This document shows, in pieces, positions 18,550 through 28,714 of a stretch of DNA of 64,000 nucleotides. The stretch covers positions 32,001 to 96,000 of IMG/VR virus record IMGVR_UViG_3300024346_009227. The stretch is one strand, 5' to 3'. The notes beneath the pieces are model-generated. The model searched no databases and was not told where the DNA came from. It worked only from the letters and a program-made list of their open reading frames with translations. The stretch is from a virus. Position 1 is the first letter of the stretch; the number at the start of each line of letters is the position of its first letter. Both the position numbers and the translations under genes were made by a program.

Positions 18550-19951
18550 ATCTGGTTATAGTTACAGTTCCTTTTTTATATTCATGGTCAGGTGTATTAA
18601 TCGTAAATGCCCTACTTGTTACGACATAATATGAATAATATTCATCTAAATCAAGCGTTACTTTAGAATCTTCCAAGGTATTACGCCAAGTACAATCCAA
18701 AACTAATTTTCCATCTTTTGCATTAAAATCATTGAAAAATACATCAATTCTAGAGTCAGAAGACATAGAAATCTTTTGATTGTTTCCTGCACCACAGTCG
18801 CAAATCGCTATGCCAAGATCTGTTCCTTGACTACTTGAAAATGAAAGTGGAGTAATCATATAAGGATAAGTTAATCTAGAATCAACACAATTTTTGTGAT
18901 CTACAAAAACACATTCAAGATTACCTGTTTCATATCTATAATTATCTCGCTCTATGCCACCTTGAATAAATGTGTATATTCTTTTTGCATTATAATTTCC
19001 ATGCGATACACATTTTGGTTCATTAGTAAATGCTACTGGATTAGTAACCCAACTTGCCTGACCATTGCCTTCAAGTTTATATACTGGTTGCTCTTCATTA
19101 GCTGGTCTTGCATAACATAATAATTGTTGGCAAACATTTATTTTTAAATCTACTCCTGTTACTCCACAACAAAACCATTCTGATGGTAAAGAAACTATTA
19201 TAGCTCCATCTTGCATATTTGTTTTTTTAGTTGAATAAACTTTTGTCCATTCTACATCATCAAAAACTGGAAGAGTTCCACCAAATGTTCTTTTCGGTCT
19301 TGCGTATAATGAACAATTAATTCCATTATTAGTTTCTTTTACTTGAATCCATGTAGTTGATTCTATAGTGTTAGTGCCATCTTGAGATCCATTCCAATCA
19401 TCTACTCCAAATGCACCCTGATAAAGTCCAGCATATTTCATATTATATACATTTCCACTTTTTGTACTCCATCCCGAAAAATCTATGGTTCCAGCAAACA
19501 ACAATCTTTTTCTTCCGTCTGGCATAACATTTCCATATGGACCCTTATCTGTTTCTACCATGTCTGGTGCAGTATATACTCCATATGTGTTGCTCCATAC
19601 TGCTTCATGTGCTGGTATTGGGTATGGTCTATGTACAAAAATTAAAAATCCAGTAACAAGACTAAAAGTGCTTTTAACACCATCCATTTCTTTACATGGA
19701 CATAGACCCTTTGAGCAACAAGCACATATTACTGGGGGTGGAGTTGTTGATGGTTCTGGTGGTCCAACAGTTGTCGTATTTGGATTAACAGTTGTCGTGT
19801 TTGGATTAACAGTTGTCGTATTTGGATTAACAGTTGTCGTGTTTGGATTTGTGGTTGTAGTTGGTCTAACTGTAGTTGTTGGTGCAGCAGTAGTGGTTGT
19901 TGTTGTAGGGCAACATACAGAACACTGAAATGTTTCTGGTGACTTAGGCAT
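18542..19951 (-). CDS. Putative tail/receptor-binding protein with a Cys-flanked Thr-rich linker
   Basis: CSVCC, then a Thr tract, (NPNTTTV)n, CACCSKGLCPC and a beta-rich domain. Confidence 0.65.
   Translation of the reverse strand: MPKSPETFQCSVCCPTTTTTTAAPTTTVRPTTTTNPNTTTVNPNTTTVNPNTTTVNPNTTTVGPPEPSTTPPPVICACCSKGLCPCKEMDGVKSTFSLVTGFLIFVHRPYPIPAHEAVWSNTYGVYTAPDMVETDKGPYGNVMPDGRKRLLFAGTIDFSGWSTKSGNVYNMKYAGLYQGAFGVDDWNGSQDGTNTIESTTWIQVKETNNGINCSLYARPKRTFGGTLPVFDDVEWTKVYSTKKTNMQDGAIIVSLPSEWFCCGVTGVDLKINVCQQLLCYARPANEEQPVYKLEGNGQASWVTNPVAFTNEPKCVSHGNYNAKRIYTFIQGGIERDNYRYETGNLECVFVDHKNCVDSRLTYPYMITPLSFSSSQGTDLGIAICDCGAGNNQKISMSSDSRIDVFFNDFNAKDGKLVLDCTWRNTLEDSKVTLDLDEYYSYYVVTSRAFTINTPDHEYKKGTVTITRLV
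19764..19849. repeat. 21-nt coding tandem repeat x4 (NPNTTTV)
   Basis: Unit aacagttgtcgtRtttggatt, with a/g alternating between copies (42-nt higher-order unit). Confidence 0.9.
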
Positions 19952-21361
19952 TTATTTTTTTCCTATAATCTTTATTCCATACATTTCAAGTGTTTTATAT
20001 ATATTTGAAAGTTCCTCTTTGAGCAAAGAGAGTTCATCAGTTTCTTCTTGGTTAGATTGTTTAAATGGTGAGTATGAAGATATAGAGCATCCTTGAACAT
20101 CTGCATATGTAACAGTTATGCTTCCATTAGAACAACTAATGCTTTTAACTACCGAAACTACATTTGTACATGTATTTGGTGAAGAAGTTGTTGTTGGCGT
20201 AGCAGTGGTTGTTGGCTCTGAAGTAGTTGTAGTAGTTGGATCTGGAGTTGTGCTAGTTGTTGTACTTGTAGTTGTACTAGTTGTTGTACTTGTAGTGGTA
20301 CTAGTTGTTGTGCTGGTAGTGGTACTGGTGGTTGTGCTTGTCGTACTAGTTGTACTAGTTGTGCTGGTTGTAGTCGTTGTTGTTGTTGGATCTGGTGTTG
20401 TACTGGTCGTTGTAGTTGTAGTAGTTGTTGTGGTTGTTGTTGGATCTGGAGTTGTACTAGTCGTTGTACTAGTCGTGCTAGTGGTGCTAGTTGTAGTCGT
20501 TGTTGTAGTTGGATCTGGCGTTGTACTAGTCGTTGTACTGGTGGTTGTCGTTGTAGTTGGATCTGGAGTTGTGCTGGTCGTTGTACTTGTTGTGCTAGTC
20601 GTGCTAGTTGTAGTCGTTGTTGGATCTGGAGTTGTGCTGGTCGTTGTACTTGTTGTGCTAGTCGTGCTAGTTGTAGTCGTTGTTGGATCTGGAGTTGTGC
20701 TGGTCGTTGTGCTTGTTGTGCTTGTTGTGCTAGTTGTACTTGTCGTAGTAGTCGTAGTAGTTGGATCTGGTGTTGTGCTTGTTGTAGTAGTAGTAGTCGT
20801 AGTAACAGAATCACAAGAACCTAATGATGCAACTGTTCCTCCTGATATGTTATAAAAATTAGTTTTGTCTGAAAGAATAATTGATATTAAATATGGATCA
20901 TTTAATCCTGTGTCAAGATACAATGATGAACCGATTACTAAGTTTTCATCTTCAGAATATAAAGGAAAGCTATCTGTAGAATCACAAGCTTCTAATGCTA
21001 TGTTACCACTGATTCCATAATATAAAGTATGTGTGTAGTATACCGGTGGAGTAAATGTAAGATATCTTGTAAGAGTTGCCCCAGTAATACCAGTAGGATA
21101 GTCTGCACCAAAAGTTATATTTGAGTACTGACTAAATACCCCTAATTGAAGAAATGATGACCCACCAGGAAAAATAACTTCATAACCATTAACTGTTGCA
21201 CTACCTCCATCAAAGTTATAAGTTGAAATAACTTCTAATGTTCCACGATAGTAAAGTCTCCAAACAGTATTGCAATAACCATCTACAGTTAAAGTATTTC
21301 CACTAACGCTTCCGCAAATACTATTTCCGCTAACATAACTAAATGTTGGATTTGCTGGCAT
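19952..21361 (-). CDS. Mucin-like Thr/Ser-rich virion protein
   Basis: About 210 aa of T/S runs punctuated by PDP, between a globular N-domain and a short C-terminal helical tag. Confidence 0.75.
   Translation of the reverse strand: MPANPTFSYVSGNSICGSVSGNTLTVDGYCNTVWRLYYRGTLEVISTYNFDGGSATVNGYEVIFPGGSSFLQLGVFSQYSNITFGADYPTGITGATLTRYLTFTPPVYYTHTLYYGISGNIALEACDSTDSFPLYSEDENLVIGSSLYLDTGLNDPYLISIILSDKTNFYNISGGTVASLGSCDSVTTTTTTTTSTTPDPTTTTTTTSTTSTTSTTSTTTSTTPDPTTTTTSTTSTTSTTTSTTPDPTTTTTSTTSTTSTTTSTTPDPTTTTTTSTTTSTTPDPTTTTTTTSTTSTTSTTTSTTPDPTTTTTTTTTTTTSTTPDPTTTTTTTSTTSTTSTTSTTTSTTTSTTTSTTTSTTTSTTTSTTTSTTPDPTTTTTSEPTTTATPTTTSSPNTCTNVVSVVKSISCSNGSITVTYADVQGCSISSYSPFKQSNQEETDELSLLKEELSNIYKTLEMYGIKIIGKK
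20165..20805. repeat. Imperfect coding repeats (T)n(ST)nTPDP, including 63-nt direct duplications
   Basis: ggatctgg recurs 9 times. Near-identical 63-nt units start at about 20559 and 20622. Confidence 0.9.
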
Positions 21362-24300
21362 TATTTATCCCCTAATGTTTTTATCCCATACAATTCAAGC
21401 ATGTTATATAGGTTTGACAATTGACCAGTTAATGATTGAACTTGAGCACTTAAAAGTTTTATTTGTATACTTGTTGGCAATCCACTTTGAGGTGGTGGTG
21501 GCATAGTTGTGGCACATTTTACTGCATAATCATAGTCTACAGATAGTTCGCCATCAGCATCACAAGTAACGCCAACCACAACCCTTAGACAACCAGCATT
21601 TGGATCTGCTGTTGTTGTTGGTCCTTCAGTGGTAGATGTTGGGCTAGCTGTTGTAGTTGGAGCCTGAGTGGTGCTGGTAGTACAATATCCCCCTAATGGT
21701 TCATCTGTTACAACTCTAGCATCTTCACAATTATTGGGTGCATCACAACCTGTGTATGGACCAGAACTACTTTCATCTACTTCCGTTGAGCAATAATGAC
21801 ATTCATTATCTTCATATTTATTTAACCAATAATCTGGACATAAAGTTGTCGATGTTGATGTAGTTGTTACACATGGGTATCCTACATTCTCATTTTGTTG
21901 ATCTGCATCTATAGCACAATCTTCTGCTTTAGTTGGACCAGTATATTCTCCATTTGAATCATAATGACAACTAAAGCATGGATCATCAAAAACAAGTGTC
22001 ATTGAACAATTAGTGTTAAGTCCAGGCAATTGTGATTCACAGACCTCTAATGTGAATGGTCCAGATACATAATTAGGACTTCCACAAAATTGAGTACAAT
22101 TATAACATTCTGACTCTGTTTCAACAACACAGTATGCTGGTGCAGGAGTTGTTGTTGGTGCTATTGTTGTTGGTGCTATTGTTGTTGGTGGAGCAGTGGT
22201 ATTATTATTAGGATCTGTTGTTACTGGAACAATGTCTTTTAAAAGACCATTTTTAAATTTTAAGGTTGTTATTGATCCTTCTTTTGTAACTAATACTGCT
22301 TGATTACCAGTAAATCCATTTGTATTAACAAAGAACATTCCTTCTGTTGATTCGCATTCATCCTGTGCAACTTGTACTTTAAAGTCAGAACTATTCTCTT
22401 TAGTGGTTGTTGTTGTTGGTGTGTTTGGATCTACAGCAGCAGGACAATCTGATACTTGACCATCAAATTTTATTTTTATTTGTTCGCCTTTAATAATCCA
22501 TCTTCCGTCATTAGCTGAATAGCAAAGAAGTACAGATTGATTAGCGTATATTTTTCTTGCTGAAAAATTTTTAATTAATATTTGTTGTGATGATCTATTA
22601 CCATTCATGTTTAAATATACATAGCCATCATCAAATGGTCTTATGTTTGATACAGCAAAGCCAGTGGCTATATCGTGAGAAGTCCAAACACCTCTATACT
22701 TATCCCACATTAAATCAACTGGTCCAGCTAAACCTTCTCCTGTTGCATAAGCAACACTATTTGGCAATACTTTTGGTATAGGAACAGCAACTACTTCATC
22801 ATATCTATTTTTTACTGTTACTAAATTTCCATCGCCATCAGTTAATAAATCATAATCCATATATGAATTGCCATACCCAACAACCATAATTGGGCCACGA
22901 AGACCTACTGGTTGACATTTAATTACATTTCTTGGACCATATCTTGAATGAACATATATTGCTTCTTTATTGCCATTAAGAACATTTCCTGACGATTCAA
23001 GAAAATCAGCAGCATGATAATTATCATAAATATAACCTCCATCACCATGAAAGCTATGTATTGCTGGAGGTCTGCCACCAGGAAATTTCCAATCTCCTTT
23101 TACTTCATCTGTATATCTGTATGGATTATATGTGTATGCTGTTGGGAGTCCTTCTGGAGCAGAAAGAAAAGAGCCATATGGAATTGATGTCACTGTATTT
23201 AATAGAGATTGACTTCCAAAATTGTTGAATGGTGAAAATAGACCATCATAAGAAACAGCACCTTTATTTCTATAATCTCCAGATTGAATCGCCATAGCAC
23301 CAGCACTCTCTATGTTGCTATGAGATCCACCAATTGTTTTTCTTCTTACAGTTGCACCCTTATCTGCCATAGGATCAATTGTTTGGGCTAATACTATATT
23401 TTGATGTGGTGTATTTCTGTCGTATCTTCTTCCAAGATAATTTAGTACAAAGTTTTGTATTTTTGCTCCAGCAAAAGATCTCTGTAGAGATTGAGCTTTC
23501 TTTATTGATTCCATATAAACAAACAATATATTTTTTCTGTCAGAATATGCTTTTATGGCAGACTTTTTAAGTCTTTCTGTATTATATCTTGATGGCATTC
23601 CAAATTTTGGAGTAAATGTTCTAAATGAATATTGTGTGGTTACACCAGATGGTCCATATGATGTATTTATTGATGTTACTATTGGACCATTCTTTACTAT
23701 TTCATCACCAAGATTATGTTCTGGCAAACCAATTTTATTTAAAGAACCAGTTTCAAAATAAGGAACTGGATTTATATCTTTTAATCTATTTTTAGCAGCT
23801 TCTTCTAATGTTCCAGATGCGTTGAATTGCCAAGGAACTAAGTCGTTGTTCTGCTCTATTTTTGTTTTTCCACCTTTTGTATTCCCAAAATACCAAGGGC
23901 CATAAAAATCATTTCTTGTAGATTTGAAGTTAAGCATTGCTTGAAATGGATATAGTGCAGGAAGACCTGTTTTAAAATTTTCAGATTGACCAAGCACTTG
24001 ATTTCTATATTGTAATCCAAAATAGCATGTTACAAGTGCATCAACGCCAAATTGATTGTGTATCAATCGATTAAATGCAGCAACAGATTGTCCTATTGAA
24101 ACTAATACATGCTCTGAATCTTTTTTGTCTACACCAATATATTGAGTGCTTATCCATGTTCCAACAGTTCCTAAACCAACTACTTCAGAATGCACTGTTG
24201 TTTTTATTAATGCGTTTTGGGCTATTGGAATAGTTACATATTGTTCGTTTACTGAGGCTTTGACCCATAAATATTGAGAACCGCTATCTGAATAAGAAAT

Positions 24301-26082
24301 TGTGTCTGAAGAACTACTATCGTATGTAAATTGAGTTTCCCATGAATTTGGTAAGTTAAAAATTAACCAATTCTGCATTTTTCCATCTTGATTTAATGCC
24401 ATAGCATTTAACATTTCTCTAGGCAAAGAAGTATTTGTCTTTGCTTCAAGAATTGCTGGATCTATCCATCCAGAATCAGTTGGTAAAATATTGTATATTT
24501 TTTTAGGTTGATTTTGTTTAATATTTAAATCTAAACTGTCTGAACTTGTATAGCTTTCTAATACTTGTTTTATTAAAAGGCCATCGCTTTTAGAATCTGG
24601 CTTGTTTTGTCCATTATCAACAGTATTATAATTAAGGTCACCTTTATAATTAACTTCTACTAAAAATTGTTTGCCGTAATATGAATCTATTACTGATTTT
24701 AAATAGGTAAAAAGTTGTGCCCCACGAATAACTCCTATATCATTATCTTTTTCTGAAAACTCTCTTTTCAATGGAAATTCTGTAGATCCACCACCAGCCA
24801 TAAAGTTGGCAACCATAGAGATATTTGTTCTTGGAGCTTTAAGAAATACTCTAGTGTATATATTGTCATTAGCAAAAGCATCATCCCATATTTCTAAATA
24901 CAATGACCAATTGTCTTGATTGCCACCAGTTATCAACAACAACTCATCCATTGTCATTTCATAATATGTAGCACCAGGAAATATTGATTCCATTCCAACT
25001 AAAGGTATTCCCCAAGCATTTGCTTTTATAGTAGAATGACTAGATATGGAAGGTCTTAAACTATTAAATCTATAGTTATAATACGGACATGCACATTTTA
25101 CAACATCATAAGATGCAGATGACCAATATGCTTCTCCATTAATATCATATCCCCAAAATTGTTTTATTCTTGAATTTGGACCAGCAGCATTGCCATAATA
25201 ATTTTGAGTGTAATTTACTGGTGTTCCAACAACAACATTCATTTGAGTTAAACTTACATCGTTATTAAAACAAATACTATGTTCTTTTAATCCACCCCAA
25301 AGCATAAAGTTTGATTCAATATTGTTGGAAGACTCAACTCCAGCATCCCAAGAAATAACATTCCTGTCTTTTGCCAAATCTTTTATAACATTTTGAACTT
25401 TTTGATTGGCTGCATCTACACCTAGACTTGTTGTTTGAACTGTAAATTCTGTGCCTGTGAGAGTAATCTTAAACAATAAACCTAAATCGTCACAAATTTT
25501 AGATATTAAATCCATTAAGTTTATATATGGGCCTTCTATTCTATAAAATTTTGGTACTTTGGTTGCAAAATCTAACTTTATTGAATATGGTACTCCAGCA
25601 GAAATAATCCCATATTTTTTAGAAAGTTCATTTATGCCTTCTTCAAGTTTTGAATACGGCATCCCTCCTTCATTAGCCTGACTCTTTCCAAACTCTTTGC
25701 TCTCCCACCATCTAAAAACATTGAACATGTTTATTATTGGGGAGTCTTCTTTTGCATCATTAGTTCCATATAAACTACTAGTTATTACTTCAACATTTTT
25801 AATTAATTCTTTTCCATCATTTAATTTTACTTCATAAAAAGTTCCACCAGTATCATGTTTTTCAATAACTCTATCTAGAAAACCATTAAAAACAAAAGCG
25901 TTATCTTTTTTTAACTTAAACTCATAATTTTTTCCTAACTCATATGTACCTATTGTTGTTTCATTATTTTCTGGATCTGGAGCAAGTTTTATATTTACAG
26001 ATGATTCTGTATCATTCCACCCAATAGATGAATTGAAATCTACTATTGTTAAACCTAAAAATTTTAATCTTTCAAAACTCAT
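21361..26082 (-). CDS. Large tail-tip/baseplate hub-like protein with a Cys/Thr-rich C-terminal extension
   Basis: 1573 aa, downstream of the TMP. Hub-like N-terminus (FNGFLDRV..YEVKLND, NLMDLISKICDD) and PIVTSINTSYGPSGVTTQYSFRTF. Confidence 0.65.
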   Translation of the reverse strand: MSFERLKFLGLTIVDFNSSIGWNDTESSVNIKLAPDPENNETTIGTYELGKNYEFKLKKDNAFVFNGFLDRVIEKHDTGGTFYEVKLNDGKELIKNVEVITSSLYGTNDAKEDSPIINMFNVFRWWESKEFGKSQANEGGMPYSKLEEGINELSKKYGIISAGVPYSIKLDFATKVPKFYRIEGPYINLMDLISKICDDLGLLFKITLTGTEFTVQTTSLGVDAANQKVQNVIKDLAKDRNVISWDAGVESSNNIESNFMLWGGLKEHSICFNNDVSLTQMNVVVGTPVNYTQNYYGNAAGPNSRIKQFWGYDINGEAYWSSASYDVVKCACPYYNYRFNSLRPSISSHSTIKANAWGIPLVGMESIFPGATYYEMTMDELLLITGGNQDNWSLYLEIWDDAFANDNIYTRVFLKAPRTNISMVANFMAGGGSTEFPLKREFSEKDNDIGVIRGAQLFTYLKSVIDSYYGKQFLVEVNYKGDLNYNTVDNGQNKPDSKSDGLLIKQVLESYTSSDSLDLNIKQNQPKKIYNILPTDSGWIDPAILEAKTNTSLPREMLNAMALNQDGKMQNWLIFNLPNSWETQFTYDSSSSDTISYSDSGSQYLWVKASVNEQYVTIPIAQNALIKTTVHSEVVGLGTVGTWISTQYIGVDKKDSEHVLVSIGQSVAAFNRLIHNQFGVDALVTCYFGLQYRNQVLGQSENFKTGLPALYPFQAMLNFKSTRNDFYGPWYFGNTKGGKTKIEQNNDLVPWQFNASGTLEEAAKNRLKDINPVPYFETGSLNKIGLPEHNLGDEIVKNGPIVTSINTSYGPSGVTTQYSFRTFTPKFGMPSRYNTERLKKSAIKAYSDRKNILFVYMESIKKAQSLQRSFAGAKIQNFVLNYLGRRYDRNTPHQNIVLAQTIDPMADKGATVRRKTIGGSHSNIESAGAMAIQSGDYRNKGAVSYDGLFSPFNNFGSQSLLNTVTSIPYGSFLSAPEGLPTAYTYNPYRYTDEVKGDWKFPGGRPPAIHSFHGDGGYIYDNYHAADFLESSGNVLNGNKEAIYVHSRYGPRNVIKCQPVGLRGPIMVVGYGNSYMDYDLLTDGDGNLVTVKNRYDEVVAVPIPKVLPNSVAYATGEGLAGPVDLMWDKYRGVWTSHDIATGFAVSNIRPFDDGYVYLNMNGNRSSQQILIKNFSARKIYANQSVLLCYSANDGRWIIKGEQIKIKFDGQVSDCPAAVDPNTPTTTTTKENSSDFKVQVAQDECESTEGMFFVNTNGFTGNQAVLVTKEGSITTLKFKNGLLKDIVPVTTDPNNNTTAPPTTIAPTTIAPTTTPAPAYCVVETESECYNCTQFCGSPNYVSGPFTLEVCESQLPGLNTNCSMTLVFDDPCFSCHYDSNGEYTGPTKAEDCAIDADQQNENVGYPCVTTTSTSTTLCPDYWLNKYEDNECHYCSTEVDESSSGPYTGCDAPNNCEDARVVTDEPLGGYCTTSTTQAPTTTASPTSTTEGPTTTADPNAGCLRVVVGVTCDADGELSVDYDYAVKCATTMPPPPQSGLPTSIQIKLLSAQVQSLTGQLSNLYNMLELYGIKTLGDK

Positions 26083-26090
26083 TTGTTCAC

Positions 26091-27347
26091 CTAGTTATAA
26101 TTCCAAACTACTGATCTTGTAACTTTTTTAGTTCTATAATCAAATGTCATATCATCTTTTTCTACAAATATTTCAGTGGCTGTTGGTGCATAAGAAGAAA
26201 CATCTGGTGGACCTTTAGAGCCATCATTATATAATACTTCAATATTGAGTGTTTTAACACCATTTTTTTTGGCAGGAAGCTTTTGTATAATTGGACCTAA
26301 TTCTTTACCAACTGCTGGTATTACAACAATAAGATCTATGGGTGGCGTATCTGTCCAGCTTATAGACTTAAATCTTTCATCAGTTTTTTCTATACCTTCA
26401 GAAATTTCTACAGAATAATTTATTGTTCCAGATATTTTGTTTGTTCCTACAGAAACAGACTTTACTTTACCAGTTATTGTTCCAATAGTATATGATTTGC
26501 CTATTTCCCATTTTTTAACCAAATCAAATTTTTCTGATGCATTTGTATATTTTGTTTTACCTTTACCTTCGTATCCAGTTATAGTTCCTTGTAAGCTTGC
26601 AGATTTATATGCAGAATCAAAACTTTCTTTTTCTGTATATGTTTCTTCAATTACAAATGGGTCTTTTGATAGTATCCAAGATTCATTACAATCAACAGTA
26701 TTCTTATATGTATTGACTGAATAACTAGTTGTTTTATTATAAGAATCTTCTGTTGGCAAAGTAAAGTATGTAGCAGCATCAGAATCAGCTATAGATGTAG
26801 TTAAAAGCATCTTCTCATTTTCCATCGCTAATTGATAATCTTTAGCTGGATCTTCAGTGCTTTTTATTTGTATGCTTCTAGTTCTGTTTATTTTTACAAA
26901 TCTATTGTATTCATCTGCTGGATCTAATGACCAAGTTTCATCTGGTTCTTCGTTATCCAATACTATTTGTTCTAAAGATATTGTGTAATCACATATTAAA
27001 CTTGATTGTTCAAGCTGAAAACTTTTAGATTTTAATTTAAATTTTCCAGATAAATTTGGGCCACTTATTGATGTGCTTATATTGATGTCATCTATTTTAT
27101 GGCTTACTAAACCTTCTAAAGTTGCCATTTTTCCTATAATCAACCCTAATTTAGCTTTGTCTGCTTCTTCAGCAGTTCCAGTTGGTTCTGAGTCACCCGC
27201 TATTGGATCTACAGCTAAAATTTTTCCTTTTAAATCTACTGTTATTGTAGTAGTTTTTACTTTACCACTTTCTCTAAACTCTGATTGTTGAGTAATACTT
27301 ATTAATGGTGTTGGTCTTATTGCAGTTCCATTTAATGATATAGACAT
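26091..27347 (-). CDS. Putative tail protein, paralog of 27357..28712
   Basis: Shares CDYTI, E[ST]WS, L.GTITG, GP..Q and K[KV]..R motifs with its neighbour. Confidence 0.65.
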   Translation of the reverse strand: MSISLNGTAIRPTPLISITQQSEFRESGKVKTTTITVDLKGKILAVDPIAGDSEPTGTAEEADKAKLGLIIGKMATLEGLVSHKIDDINISTSISGPNLSGKFKLKSKSFQLEQSSLICDYTISLEQIVLDNEEPDETWSLDPADEYNRFVKINRTRSIQIKSTEDPAKDYQLAMENEKMLLTTSIADSDAATYFTLPTEDSYNKTTSYSVNTYKNTVDCNESWILSKDPFVIEETYTEKESFDSAYKSASLQGTITGYEGKGKTKYTNASEKFDLVKKWEIGKSYTIGTITGKVKSVSVGTNKISGTINYSVEISEGIEKTDERFKSISWTDTPPIDLIVVIPAVGKELGPIIQKLPAKKNGVKTLNIEVLYNDGSKGPPDVSSYAPTATEIFVEKDDMTFDYRTKKVTRSVVWNYN

Positions 27348-27356
27348 AAATCATTC

Positions 27357-28712
27357 CTAATATGGTCTAGGTATTTGTGTGCTTATCAAATCAAAACTGG
27401 TAATGGTTGGTAAAGCTGGTTTTGAACCATCTGCCCATATAAATACTGTAGTTCTTGATATTTTTTTATTTTGTGCAGTAAAATTAATAGTATCAGATTC
27501 AATCATACTTCCTGCTGGTTGATATTGCAATGTGTTTGGAGTAGTCTCTGTTCCAACTCTTTCTATTGTGATAGACATAGTTTTTGCTTTATTCATATCA
27601 ATACTTTGAAATACTGGCCCCTTATCTCCATAGATAGTATTATGTATGACATAAGTCTTAAGGGCATCAGCTAAATCTCCAAAGTAACTTACAGTTATTG
27701 TTTCATTTTTTACTCCAGTTGTTGTTGGTCTTTTTATATTTTCAATTTCATAGTTATAAGTAATTATTCCTTTTACTTTATCATGTGTTTCTGAAAATGA
27801 AGTTATTGTTAATGCAAGATATTTAGTGTTTAAAGCACTCTTTACCGTTGTCCATAATGCCAATGCTTCTGTATATCTATTGCTTGGAGTTGATGTAGAA
27901 GATGAAGATAGACCAGTTATAGTTCCTTCTATAGAAAGCGTATCTCTTAATGTTTCATTAGATTGTTTGTCTGTAAGTGTTTGTTCATGGTGTGCTTGTG
28001 GTAATTGAGGAATAATTGAATTTTTTAATAAATCATTATGATAAGTTAAATTTATTTCAGCAGAGAATTCCCCACCAAGTACATTGACACTATAATTAAT
28101 TAATTTATTTGAAGGTGAAGCTTTTAAATAAGTATTTTTAGCAGCATCTTTTATATCTGTTGGAATAAGTTCGTTTATTTTTTTTAGAACTTCTGTTTTT
28201 GATGTTTCCCAACCATTTTTGCCATCAACATCTTTAGACTTACAAGAAATTTTATGGTTTACTTTTGTGAATCTTAAATCTTCATCGTTATAATCAACTG
28301 ACCATGATTCATCTATATCTGAAGCGTTGGTTTTATCTGGTACTGATTTTGATCCAATGGTTACTGAATCTGCTTCCATTTCAATTGTGTAATCACAAAA
28401 ATTAACCCAAATATCTTCTTTAAAATTTAGACTTTTAATTCTAGGAATAAATTTAATTGGTGAGCTTTTACCATCTCTTGATTGAATCTCAAAATATGTT
28501 TTGTCTGTAAAAGCATTGACTTGTGCTATTATCGCTGCTTGTCTTGCAATAATGGCAGAGTGTCTTGCATCTACAGATATAGCTTGACTTGGAACAATTT
28601 TTGCAGATACAGATATATTAAAAAGATATGTCTTTGCTTTTCCATTGTCATAAAATTGAACGCTTTCTTGCAATGAAAATGTTTGAATTGGGTCTGATAA
28701 TGTTCCAGCCAT
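27357..28712 (-). CDS. Putative tail protein, paralog of 26091..27347
   Basis: FCDYTIEME, DESWSVD, IEGTITG and GPVFQSI. Located after the TMP. Confidence 0.65.
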   Translation of the reverse strand: MAGTLSDPIQTFSLQESVQFYDNGKAKTYLFNISVSAKIVPSQAISVDARHSAIIARQAAIIAQVNAFTDKTYFEIQSRDGKSSPIKFIPRIKSLNFKEDIWVNFCDYTIEMEADSVTIGSKSVPDKTNASDIDESWSVDYNDEDLRFTKVNHKISCKSKDVDGKNGWETSKTEVLKKINELIPTDIKDAAKNTYLKASPSNKLINYSVNVLGGEFSAEINLTYHNDLLKNSIIPQLPQAHHEQTLTDKQSNETLRDTLSIEGTITGLSSSSTSTPSNRYTEALALWTTVKSALNTKYLALTITSFSETHDKVKGIITYNYEIENIKRPTTTGVKNETITVSYFGDLADALKTYVIHNTIYGDKGPVFQSIDMNKAKTMSITIERVGTETTPNTLQYQPAGSMIESDTINFTAQNKKISRTTVFIWADGSKPALPTITSFDLISTQIPRPY

Positions 28713-28714
28713 GT

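Noticed and set aside
18590-18601. AGGTGTATTAAT on the + strand, similar to the late promoter motif
   Set aside because: It lies inside a CDS, antisense, with no credible downstream gene. Treated as chance, although an antisense promoter cannot be excluded.
19764-20805. CRISPR-like array
   Set aside because: The repeats are in-frame coding units without unique spacers, and no cas operon is adjacent.
19485-20855. Val-rich + strand ORFs and a Gln/Leu-rich alternative-frame ORF
   Set aside because: These are shadows of the Thr-codon repeats on the opposite strand or in another frame.
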